Below are positions 52,761 to 64,000 of a DNA stretch of 64,000 nt, one piece after another; the stretch's first letter is position 1; each line of letters opens with the position of its first letter. The stretch lies in the NCBI GenBank assembly GCA_951406725.2, contig OX597828.1, positions 42,098,001-42,162,000 on the forward strand, given 5' to 3'. A program made the position numbers and the translations under genes. The DNA comes from Octopus vulgaris (Eukaryota). Below the pieces are notes generated by a model. That model ran no database searches, was not told the DNA's origin, and saw only the letters and a program-made list of their open reading frames with translations.

Positions 52761-54101
52761 GACCAATATTGTACCCCGGGGATGCGGATACCTTGGAGGT
52801 ACCCCATGGAGTAACGACCGTACCCTGTATAGTTACGGGCTACCCTTTGGCAAGGCATAGAACCCGTTCAGTTATTTTACCAGGGATACGGTAAAGATAT
52901 GGGACTGCAGCAATGTGGATTGTGAAGAGGTAGCGAAAGAGCTCAACTGAGCCAAAGGTGACTGTTACATTGATGGTGAACAGAGGAATCCCAGAAGATC
53001 AACGTTTAGGCTCACCAAGCTCTACCAAAAGAGTAGGGGCAATGTCCGTGGTTAAGTGATATCAGCAAATAAACGACTCAAGATTCCAATTCAAATATGA
53101 CGGAGTCACGGAAATCTGTGCCAGTAGCGCAACCAGATGAAGATGAACATTGACTTTCAGATTTTGGCACATTGCCAGCAATTCCGGGGAAGGCGGTAAG
53201 TCAATTATATATACCGCAGTGTTCAACTGGTACCTATTTTATCGACCCCGAAAAAATGAAATGCAAAGTGATCCTCGGTGGAGTATGAAAATTGCTAATG
53301 GGGGGTTGACGGTTCGCATCCCATCATTCACTTGTGCTGAGCTTTAAGGTTCGAGCCAATCTCTTTCCGTGTTAGTATAACGGTAAGGAAGAAGAATAAA
53401 AAAAAGGAGCGTAATGAAAGACAGAAAGACAGAGAGAGGGGGGGAGATGAGGACAAGGAAATAGAGAGAAAGAGAGAGGTAAATTGGTGAGGTGAGTTAA
53501 ATATCGAAAGACAGAGTGACAAAAGCATAAAGAGGTGTGTGTGTGTGTGTGTTAATTCCCTTTTTCTCTTCTTCACTTTCTCTATCTGTCTCTCTCTCTT
53601 TCTCCGTCTCTTTCTCTTTTCTCTCTCTCGTTGCTCACACGTGACCATCATCCATCTTTCTTTTCCTGCACGATGTTCTAAGGACAGGACGTCTTCTATC
53701 TCTCTCTTCTATCCTTTCTCTTTCCAAAGAAAATATTTCTCCCAGCGTTCACTATTTTCCTCTCATTCTGGTCTAACAACCCTCCATGTTTGTTTTCGTT
53801 CGGTTTCCTTGTATGTTTCCACTGTCCTGTTTTTGCTCCCCTGTTTTGACCCTCCATAAATCCAAAATTTTATTTTGGAATTTATGGGAGCAACTGTCTT
53901 CGAAGACTCATATTGTCATTGAATGGTCGAAATGAGGAATAGATAGACAGCCGACAACTCATGAAGGGTCGTTCTCCGTGTTACTCGTCCTGTTTTCCAA
54001 TTTTTCTCTCTCGCTGTTTGCGTATTGAATTCGTTTGTTTCCGTACTTCATGTTGTTTACACAGTCGGTGGCGTCCTGTACCCATATATGCATATATAAA
54101 A

Positions 54102-54480
54102 ATATTAGAGGGAACCCACTATGTGGATATCCTTATGCTAGAAATAGATCCGCTATGTTCTTACTACTAAGAAATGTTCTCAACAAAAATTTAGCAAAAC
54201 AACCAAAACGTAATCGAGCAAGACAAAAGAAAAAACAATAAAAATAATCCATATTTTTATTGCTTTTCCTTTTGTCTTGCTCGATTACGTTTTGTTTTTT
54301 TGCTAAATTTTTGTTGAGAACATTTCTTAGTAGTAAGACCATAGCGGATCTATTTCTAGCATAAGGGTGTCCACATAGTGGTTTCCCCTAATATGTATAT
54401 AATACAATTTTACTAAACCTTCAGATTTTTATATGCTAGACTACTGGTGTGAAATCGATTTTAATTAAATTAATATTTAA
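54102..54480. repeat. fold-back element, hairpin family copy 3
   Basis: 54102-54246 pairs with 54252-54394 (loop ATCCA); TATGCTAGACTACTGG at 54432-54447. Confidence 0.9.
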
Positions 54481-54671
54481 TTCCTGGGGCTGGCCGGATC
54501 GGAGCGATCTCAAGATTAATCAGCTGAAATTGCTACGATGATCAGGTTCTTGACTGAAGATTGAAGGCTTCGAATGTCGTCCCGTCCGTTTTTTGTATCG
54601 TCTTCTAAATGTTTTACGTTCTTGTCCCAGTTTGTATTTTTCTACATAAAATAATATATATATATATATAT

Positions 54672-54738
<67 letters not shown>

Positions 54739-55231
54739 GTATGTATATATGTATGTATATATGTATATACGTATATACGTATATGTCTATATACATAGAG
54801 TGAAAGAGTGAAAGAGAGATAAACAGACGGAGTGCACTTAGCTGAATGGGTGAGATAAAGATAAAATGACAGAAAGATAGAGAAAAACAGAAGGATAGAA
54901 AAAAAATAGATATATAGAATAGACTGACAGATAGACAGATATATAGATAGATAGATGGAGTATGGGATAGTGATAAAGACAGAAATTGCGAACTGTTGAA
55001 CAACTGTCAAATGCTCACATCAAACCTAAAAATCTCTTTTAGTCAAACCTAAAAATCTCTTTTAGTGTTCTAGATGAGTAGCTTCATTCGAGAATAACGA
55101 ACGAAAAATATAAAACATACAGACAAAAGAATGAATGAAGGCATGAACGGATGACTGAATGAATAAGATGTACAATAATTTGGATGTTTTTACAACGGTG
55201 AAACTTTTTACAATGTGGGGTATTCATACCT

Positions 55232-55464
55232 ATTTCTTTACTACCCACAAGGGGCTAAACACAGAGAGGACAAACAAGGACAGACAAATGCATTAAGTCG
55301 ATTATATCAACACCAGTGTATAACTGGTATTTAATTTATCGACCCTGAAAGGATGAAAGCCAAAGTCGACCTAGGCGGAATTTGAACTCAGAACGTAACG
55401 GCAGACGAAATACTGCTAAGCATTTCGCCCGGCGTGCTAACGTTTCTGCCAGCTCGCCGCCTTT
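55232..55464 (-). mobile_element. SINE family A monomer with 16 bp TSD
   Basis: TGGGGTATTCATACCT at 55216-55231 and 55465-55480. Confidence 0.9.
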
Positions 55465-55751
55465 TGGGGTATTCATACCTTCACCATGAACTTTAATACT
55501 TTGTACAATAGGCAAAGGGCCTGAAATTTGGCGAGGGGGACTAGTCGATCATGTCGACCCCAGTGTTTCACTGGTGCTTATTTCAACAATGGGATAAAAG
55601 GCAAAGTCGATCTCAGTGGAAATCGTACTCAGAACGTAGCGGACGGGCGAAATACCGCTAAGCATTTCGTCCAGCATGCTAACGGTTCTGCCAGCTCGCT
55701 GCCTTTTTCATGATGGGAGTGAAATTTAAACAAAGATTTTTGGACGTTATA

Positions 55752-56001
55752 ATAATAAAATAAATGTGCCCGTTTTAAAGCCTAGCCGGGCTCATGGGCC
55801 CGGTTTCCCGGTTTCAATGGCGTATGTGTTCCCCAGCTGGACCAGTCCATCGCAGCATTACTCATTTTTGCCAGCTGAGTGGACTGGAGCAATGTGAAAT
55901 GAAGTGTTTTGCTCAAGAACACAACGCATGGCCCAGTACAGGAATAGAAACCACAATCTTACGATCATGATGCTGACACCCTAAACACTAAGCCACTCGC
56001 C
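55752..56001 (-). mobile_element. CORE-SINE family D with 14 bp TSD
   Basis: TTTTGGACGTTATA at 55738-55751 and 56002-56015. Confidence 0.9.
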
Positions 56002-56245
56002 TTTTGGACGTTATAGCGAATCATATTTGGGCAGTTGAATGAAAGAATAGGTAGAACATCAGATATAATACTTTGCAGTATTTAGCTGAGCTCCCTGACG
56101 TTCTGGGTTCGAATCTCACCGAATAGATTTCGATTTTTATTCTTCCGGTGACAATAAAATAATTACTAGTAAGGTAATTGTGTCAGAATAATCGAATGTC
56201 TCCCTTCCTCTGTGAATTCAATGTAATTCGAGATACTCGTATGTG

Positions 56246-56629
56246 GAAGCACTCCGTCGGTTACGACGACGAGGTTTCCGGTTGATCCGAATCAACGGAA
56301 CAGCCTGCTCGTGAAATTAACGTGTAAGTGGCTGATCACTCTACAGACACGCGTACCCTTTACGTAGTCCTCGGGGATATTCAGCGTGACACAGAGAGTG
56401 ACAAGGCCGGCCCTTTGAAATACAGGTACAACAGAAACAGGAAGTAAGAATGAGAGAAAGTTGTGGTGAAAGAGTACAGCAGGGATCAGCACCATCCCCT
56501 GCCGGAGCCTCGTGGAGCTTTTAGGTGTTTTCGCTCAATAAACACTCACAACGCCCGGCCTGGGAATCGAAACCGCGATCCTATGACCGCGAGTCCGCTG
56601 CCCTAACCGCTGGGCCTTTGCGCCTCCAC
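56246..56629 (-). mobile_element. full-length SINE family C with 11 bp TSD
   Basis: ACTCGTATGTG at 56235-56245 and 56630-56640. Confidence 0.9.
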
Positions 56630-56644
56630 ACTCGTATGTGCTAT

Positions 56645-57592
56645 ATGTGAGAATATGCATAAGATAATATATGACGTTCAAACTTGTGCAACATGCTAAA
56701 CTGTTTGTGACACAGAATATCTTTTGTGATACATACGTGGCATTATTCATAAATAATATTAGTTAATTTGACAAATACTCAAAGATTCATGACTCATACA
56801 ATATTACGATATATACAGCATTATTTGCAATAACAATGTGCTCTATTATTAGTGATACTAAATATTATTCGTGTTATATATTCTAGAATTTATGGTATAT
56901 CTTTAGTTTATGACACATACACCGTAATTTATGATATATACCATGAAAGTTAAGAAAAAATATACATGACACATACGATATAATTTATCATACAATATAT
57001 TTAAGGCACAAACAATACAAGTTTTTCATATACAATAAAAAGTATAATTTATGATACATACTCTAATTTATGATACATAATAGATTTTGTGACACAGATA
57101 ATAATTTATGACGCATACAATAGAAATTTTGTGACATTTAATATAAATTGTATTACTTGCAATATAATTTATGATACATCGAATACAAATTATAATATAT
57201 TAATTCATGCAGCACTATATTTTATGACGTATAATTTAAGACATACAATATAATATATGATATAACCTACACTTACATCTATGACACGAAATTTCATGAT
57301 ACATACAGTATAATTAATGACATACACAATATATGACACATACATTATGATTTAAGGTACAAAATATATGATACAATATATTTATGATGTATAAATATAA
57401 CTTATGACGCTTAGAACAATATTTATGATACGCTATATTTATGACATATACAATATAGTTTTTGATACATACTAGATGGTTATATAGCATTTATTTCAAA
57501 TAGTTACAAGCAATGAATTTTCTATTGCAGCATAATACTTCTATAAATTATACTAAATAATAATGATAATTATTATTATTATTATTATTATT

Positions 57593-57632
<40 letters not shown>

Positions 57633-59225
57633 TATATAATGCCTTATGACACTGTCGATATGACTTCTGAAGCAAACCATATTTCAGGTTGTACCAGTCA
57701 CTGTGATATACTCCACATACGACAGTTTTTGTGACATGCACAAATTTGTTTATGACACAAGCGGTATAATCAATTATTTATGTTACGCTCAATATAATTT
57801 AAGTCACATACCAAATTATTCACACTGTTTTCTATGGTGCATACAATATGAATCATACTTCATAGTTACTATTTATGCTACTGGATTAAGTATTTCCTAG
57901 CGAATAGAACACATGTTGTGGTCGATGGAGTCCACTGAAGCCCAGCAAAAGTCACCAGTGGTGTTCCTCAGGGGACTCTCTTGGGCCCGCTTCTCTTTAT
58001 AATTTACATAAACGAACTTTCCAGCGTCGTAAATCACGGCAAAGTGAAAATAATTGCTGATGACGCTAAGCTCCAGCAAATCATCAATAAAGAAGACCGA
58101 ACTCAACTCCAGTGTGATCTATATGCTGTGAGTCAAAGGGCAGACAAAAATAAAATGCAACTAAAGGAGGGAAAATTTGAGCTGATGCATTTTGGAAGAA
58201 AGTCTATACTAAAACAGTCATACTCTCTTCCTTCAGGGGAACCGCTCACAGCATCTAATGACATCAGAGACCTAGGTGTAATTGTTTATAACAATCTCAA
58301 TTGGAGTGCCCACATCAACAATAAGGTCAATATAGCTCGCAGGATGCTATATCGACCTTATTGTTCTTAAGACCTGGATCTTAAGAATCTTCCGGTCCAG
58401 AGAACAAGATGTCATCATTCCACTTTTCTCCTCCTTTGTACGGCCAAACCTCGAATACTGCTGCCCCTTGTGGTCTCCCCATACAAAACAAACATCTCAA
58501 AAATTCAATCACCCCAGAGGGCACTCAGTAACGAATTGAAGGCATGACTGATCTCGATTACTGGCACCGTCTTGAAACTCTACTCTCTCTAGCGCCGTAC
58601 GATGTGGAGAATATACCGCCAGCATTGCCCAAACGACCTGAAGATTAGTTTCAAGGTTCATCCAAGGCTGGGACCACGGGCCATCCGTCCCCTGCCCAAT
58701 TCAGGATCACAACATATAGATACATTGCAACACAATTTCTTCTCCTCAATTGTCCCAAAACTGATCAAAGAGAAAAAGGATCCCATCGCCTTTAAACGGA
58801 GTTTGGACAGATTTCTTCAAGGAACACCAGACAAGCCACCCATACCTGGATACAACTCACTCAACAAGAACTCACTACTTGAATGGACCATAAACAAAAC
58901 TTGACTTAAACAGGATTTAGATAATCCTATTAGTTGGTGCTATTAAGTCAGACATGGCCTGGACCAATCTTTGGTCGAAACATATCTAAGTTTTACCTAA
59001 GTTTTATGATATAATTTATCAAATACATAATTATATTTGTTATTATGTATGACACACTGTATTATGATGTCTACAATATTATTTTTGGCTCATACAAAAA
59101 TAATTTCATATCACATACGCAATAGTTTTCGCATATTATATACGGCAATTACAATATCATTCATGGCACAAATCATATGAATTTATGACACATACAAAAT
59201 TATTTGTGGCATATACAATATAATT
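56645..59225. repeat. degenerate AT-rich minisatellite (~21 bp, TTTATGA(C/T)ACATACAATATAA) split by a LINE
   Basis: The motif TTTATGAYACATAC recurs at 56645-57850 and 59005-59225. Confidence 0.7.
57880..59004 (+). mobile_element. 5'-truncated, decayed CR1/L2-like LINE (RT domain to 3' end)
   Basis: VTSGVPQGTLLGPLLFIIYINEL...IADDAKL...RDLGVIV...VRPNLEYCCPLWSP; stops and frameshifts; CTAAGTTT repeat tail. Confidence 0.9.
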
Positions 59226-60002
59226 TGACAGAAGAAACCCTGGCAATGTTGAAGTAGATGCAGTGAAAATTATATGAGATCAGTTAGTAGTTGTAACATC
59301 AATGTATTTTTTATTAAGGAGTAGAAATGGATGCCGCAAGTAAGGAAGTGTTTTTAAGCGAGGTTCGAAACTGTGACGACAGAATACTTCTAATGCAGAA
59401 AAGTACACTGCTTGTATAGTACATGTCACCAGAATTTGTTGTAAGAGTTACACTGAAAAAACCACCCCCATGTATCTACCCCCACTCTCTCTCTTTCTCT
59501 TCATCTCCTTCCGCAACTCTCAACACCCCTTACACACTCTCACCCAACCTACCTTAATTGGGCCCAGGGTGGCAAATTTAGGAACTAATTACGAATTTTC
59601 TTTGAGCGAGACCTTATATATGAGCGAGGTGATAGTGCGTCACACCCTTATAATAGAGGTTATTAGAAGAAGGGGTAGAAAGGGGGCGGTGCAGATGGTG
59701 TAAGGTTCGAGAGGAATATGTACCCTTTGACGGTGGGTGTAGTGGCAGTGGTGGAGGTGGCAATGGCATTATGATGGTGCTGGTAGTGGTGGTGGTGGTG
59801 GTGGTGGTGAAAGTGGTGCTGATGGCGTTGGTAATGGTAGTGCTGTTTGTGTTGATGATGATAGTGATGGTGGTGGTGATGGTGGTGTTGAGGACAGTGG
59901 GGAAGGCAGAGGTGATGGTGATGGTAGTGGTAGTTAGAATAAAGGTGGATGATATTAGTAGTAGTAGTAGTAGTAGTAGTAATAGTAGTAGTGGTGGTAG
60001 TA

Positions 60003-60039
<37 letters not shown>

Positions 60040-60254
60040 GAGGTGGTAGAGGAGGAGGAGTGGAGATAGTGATGTTGTGATGGTGGTAGCGGCGGCGTCG
60101 ATTGTAGTTGTGGCATTTGATCATAATCATAACAGTGGTGGCGTTGACGTTGGTGGTGGAAATGGTGGTGATAACGGTGGTTGTAACGGGTGAAGTGGCG
60201 TGAGTGTGTATACATATTTATATATTATATGTATATACATATACGGATAGACAC

Positions 60255-60678
60255 ACACATACATACATACATACATACATACATGCATACATACATACAT
60301 ACATACATACATACATACATACATACATACATACATACATACATACATACATACATACATACATACATACATACATACATACATACATACATACATACAT
60401 ACATACATACATACATACATACATACATACATACATACATACATACATACATACATACATACATACATACTTACATACATACATACATACACACATACAT
60501 ACATACATACATACATACATACATACATACATACATACATACATACATACATACATACATACATACATACATACATACATACATACATACATACATACAT
60601 ACATACATACATACATACATACATACATACATACATACATACATACATACATACATACATACATACATACATACATAC

Positions 60679-60709
<31 letters not shown>

Positions 60710-60909
60710 CATACATACATACATACATACATACATACATACATACATACATACATACATACATACATACATACATACATACATACATACATACATACAT
60801 ACATACATACATACATACATACATACATACATACATACATACATACATACATACATACATACATACATACATACATACATACATACATACATACATACAT
60901 ACATACATG

Positions 60910-60937
<28 letters not shown>
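60255..60937. repeat. very long, almost pure (TACA)n microsatellite
   Basis: Directly visible, about 680 bp. Confidence 0.97.
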
Positions 60938-60940
<3 letters not shown>

Positions 60941-60944
60941 CCAC

Positions 60945-61123
60945 GCGGGAGGGTGTAAAGGGATTACATCTCTCCAGCACTCAACTGGTACTTATTTTGT
61001 CGACCCCAGAATGATGAAAGGCAGAATCAACCTCGGCGAAATTTGAACTCAGAACGTGAAAACGGAGAAAATGTCGCTAACCATTTTGCCCAGTACGGTT
61101 AAGATTCTACCACCTCGTCGCCT
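60945..61123 (-). mobile_element. degenerate SINE family A
   Basis: AACTGGTACTTATTTTGTCGACCCC...ATTTGAACTCAGAACG. Confidence 0.75.
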
Positions 61124-61130
61124 TAAATAT

Positions 61131-61186
<56 letters not shown>

Positions 61187-61239
61187 TATATATATATATA
61201 TACATACATACTTACATATAATATATATATATATATATA

Positions 61240-61430
61240 ACGGGAAGCTTTATGAAAATAAACAAAAGACGAAGGCAGGTGGAGTACAAACAAATGTATT
61301 AGTATGGCGCTCAGGAATATAAATAAAACAAGTCTTTTACGTTTCGAGCCTACTCTCTTCAACAGAAAGATACACAGAAAAGAAACACGGAGAGAAACAA
61401 GGAGAGAAAAAAGGAGAGACAAAAAAGGAT
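61240..61430 (-). mobile_element. short Penelope-like element between (TA)n tracts with variant hammerhead-like motif (61334-61369)
   Basis: Minus strand CTTT-CTGTTGA-A-GAGA-gtag-GCTC-GAAA-CG-TA-AAAG. Confidence 0.55.
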
Positions 61431-61454
61431 ATATATATATATATATATATATAT

Positions 61455-62175
61455 AAGGGGTACCCAAAAGAAACTGGAATTTTGCAATATTTTATTCACA
61501 TAATTTTATATCGTTACACTTTTATCGCCTTCAAAGCATTCTCTGTTTGAAACAATGCATCGATCCAAACGCGTTTTCCACTATTCGAAATAGTACTGGA
61601 AGTACATCTTGTGAAGTGATGCGTTTTTCGACTCCGACATTTTCCCGCTTCACCTCTTCCATATCTGCAAATTCCACAGCACCAGCTTTAGTCATTAGTG
61701 ATGACCTTCGGAAAGAAGGTCCAGATCAACTTCAAACTATTTTTTCCGTTCACGACTTGCATTCAGCCGTGACTGCTTTTGATCTTCCGTGAACAAGCGA
61801 GGCACAAATTCTGCTGCAACTCTTTTCATTCGCAATTCCTCGCTCAAATTTCGGTAGCAAGAGCACCAGGACACACCAGTTATATGAACAAGTTCGTCAA
61901 TTATTCGGTGACGGTTCTCCAAGATCAGTTTATGAATTTTCATGATGTTTTCATTCGTTCGGGAGGTCAGCGGTCGCCCTGAATCAGGTTGGTCCTCAGC
62001 AACAAGTGACCAATCCTAAAACATGAAAACCGCTCGTAGCAGCCTTGTCAGTTGCTTGAAGCATGGCAACTGTTTCGGCCGCTGTTTTTCACGGAATTTC
62101 ACGGAAGCACGATATTTCTGCATTCCAGCCAATACAAAAATCGACGAACAGGGGAGAAGCACTGCGAAACAAATA
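61455..62175 (-). mobile_element. internally deleted mariner transposon
   Basis: ORF 61737-61943 (NLSEELRMKRVAAEFVPRLFTEDQKQSR) plus C-terminal WKTRLDRCIVSNRECFEGD; TA-AGGGGTACCCAAAAG terminus. Confidence 0.8.
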
Positions 62176-62353
62176 AGTTGTCCCCTTTTGTATCAACTAG
62201 TTGTCCGGATGTTTTTCGTTCTTGTCCCATTTTGCATTTTATTTTATATACATATGTATATATATATGTGTTTCTCTCTCTCTCTCTCTCTTTATATATA
62301 TATATATATACAAACGATCGACTAGTCAGTTGAATAGATATTTAACCAAATGA

Positions 62354-62737
62354 TCTCTCTATATATAAACGGCAGTTTGTCTGTGTGTGTTTCTGTGTGT
62401 CTGTTAGGTTGTACCCCCACCCTGACCACGGCTTTCAACCGATTCTGATGAAACTTGACACACACATAGCCCAATGTCATAATTCAAAACTAACGCAGCG
62501 AAAATTTTGAAAAGTTCCCCAGTTCTGAAGAAAATCGATAAATTCGACATGGAGTCGAGAATCAGAAACCCAAACCACAGACCGTCTAGGGGACGCAACT
62601 ACACCTTTTTTAACTCTCAAAAAAAATTTACCATCATTTTTTTTCAATTTTTTTGCTATTTTTTGGCTATAACTCTCTAAAAATGCTTTATAGTTATTTC
62701 CCTTACAAACCTGAGCAACGCCGGGCGATACTGCTAG
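62354..62737 (+). mobile_element. non-autonomous Helitron
   Basis: A|TC ... hairpin ... CTAG|T; paralogue of 22443-22812. Confidence 0.85.
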
Positions 62738-62799
62738 TTAATAATAAAAGAGTGGAATTGAACCGGTGCGTGTATTATTAATACTGACGTAATGATAAC

Positions 62800-63000
62800 G
62801 TGGCGAGCTGGCAGAATCGTTAGCAGGTCGAGTAAAGTGCTTAGCAGTATTTCGTCCGTCTTTATGTTCTGAGTTCAAATTCCGCCGAGGTTGATTTTGC
62901 TTATCATCCTTTCGGAGTCGATAAAATAAGTACCAGCTGAGCACTGGGGTTAACGCAATCGATTTAACCCCCTTCACATCAAAGCTGCTGGCCTTATGCT
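62800..63000 (+). mobile_element. SINE family A
   Basis: GGCGAGCTGGCAGAATCGTTAGCA head and Nin-like core. Confidence 0.8.
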
Positions 63001-63113
63001 AAATCTTAAAAGCAATATTAGCGTAATTACTCTCCCGCGACACAACAAAATTTGTTTCAATACACGAATTCCCGTAAGGAATCTTGAAAACCAAAGACAC
63101 GAAAGATGTAATA

Positions 63114-63507
63114 TCTTTATATATAAAACTGAAGTTGTGTGTCTGTCTCCTACGATTTAGATTCCTAACTACTCCCACATTTTGCGGTGCAGTTTAACCA
63201 AAACCGGGTATCTTATAGTCGTGAATTCATATGGAGCCCTTCTGGGTATTAGCGCGCGTCTACGATGAGTCTACAATTTAAAAAAATTTACCATCATTTT
63301 TTTCCATTTTAATGCATTTTTTCGCTATTATATAAGGAAGTAACTCTCTAAAAATGTCTACGATGAGTCAACGATTTAAAAAAATTTACCATAATTTTTT
63401 TCCCATTTTTAATGTATTTTTTTGCTATTTTTTGGCTATACCTCTCTAAAAATGCTTATATAGTTATTTCCCTTACAAACCCGAGCAACGCCGGGCGATA
63501 CTGCTAG
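63114..63507 (+). mobile_element. non-autonomous Helitron with different 5' half and internal ~98 bp tandem duplication
   Basis: Same 3' end (CCCGAGCAACGCCGGGCGATACTGCTAG); TCTACGATGAGTC...AAAAAAATTTACCAT occurs twice. Confidence 0.85.
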
Positions 63508-63799
63508 TTTAATTATAAAAATACAGTAGAATCTTTTTTTTCTTTGGTATGCAGGGAATGGCTCTTGGTGTCTCGTAGAGCAAAATAAAGAATCAAAATT
63601 GATTGAGAACTACTGTTCTATTCTTTCATTCTGTCTTTTCTTCTCTTCTATTTATATCCTTTCAATTCAATTTCCATTCAACAATTTAAATCTTACACAA
63701 AATCCTTCTCGCCCAATCGTATATTTCGCGCCTATTTCTGTTCTTTCTTTCTTTAGATATATATTTATTTTATTATTGCTATCGCTCTTTCTCAATTTC

Positions 63800-63814
63800 C
63801 TTTCTTTCTTTCCT

Positions 63815-63878
<64 letters not shown>

Positions 63879-63918
63879 TCATTCTTTCCTTCTTTCTTTC
63901 TTTCTTTCATTCTTTCCT

Positions 63919-63950
<32 letters not shown>

Positions 63951-64000
63951 TCCTTCCTTCTTTTCTCTTTCTTTCTTTCTTTCTTTCTTTCCTTCCTTCC
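63800..64000. repeat. (TTTC)n microsatellite
   Basis: Directly visible. Confidence 0.95.

Overview
Animal genomic DNA, very rich in microsatellites ((TA)n, (CA)n, (TATG)n, (GATA)n, (AAT)n, (GAA)n). The density and style of the tRNA-derived SINEs suggest an octopus or other cephalopod genome (inference). No host protein-coding exon could be supported. Almost every ORF in the track is translated microsatellite. The real protein signatures are all transposon remnants: Tx1/L1-like RT + zf-RVT, CR1/L2-like RT, RTE, mariner, and a Tigger/pogo CENP-B HTH. The window also holds at least five SINE families (many with target-site duplications, TSDs), non-autonomous Helitrons, a Helentron/DINE-like element and MITEs. 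The most notable signals are short elements sitting in (TA)n tracts. (i) Eight hammerhead-ribozyme-like motifs of the minimal Penelope type: an inverted pair at 13.9-14.4 kb and a six-copy family. (ii) A three-copy family of 265-295 bp fold-back hairpins (3.6, 24.2, 54.1 kb) whose arms have diverged but which share a nested-stem motif ending CTAG-R-C-Y-ACTGG, a candidate undescribed structured RNA. Other points: head-to-tail SINE multimers inserted as one unit, and a (GATA)n-targeted Tx1-like LINE with a fold-back 5' end. All structures were read by eye; nothing was computed or searched.
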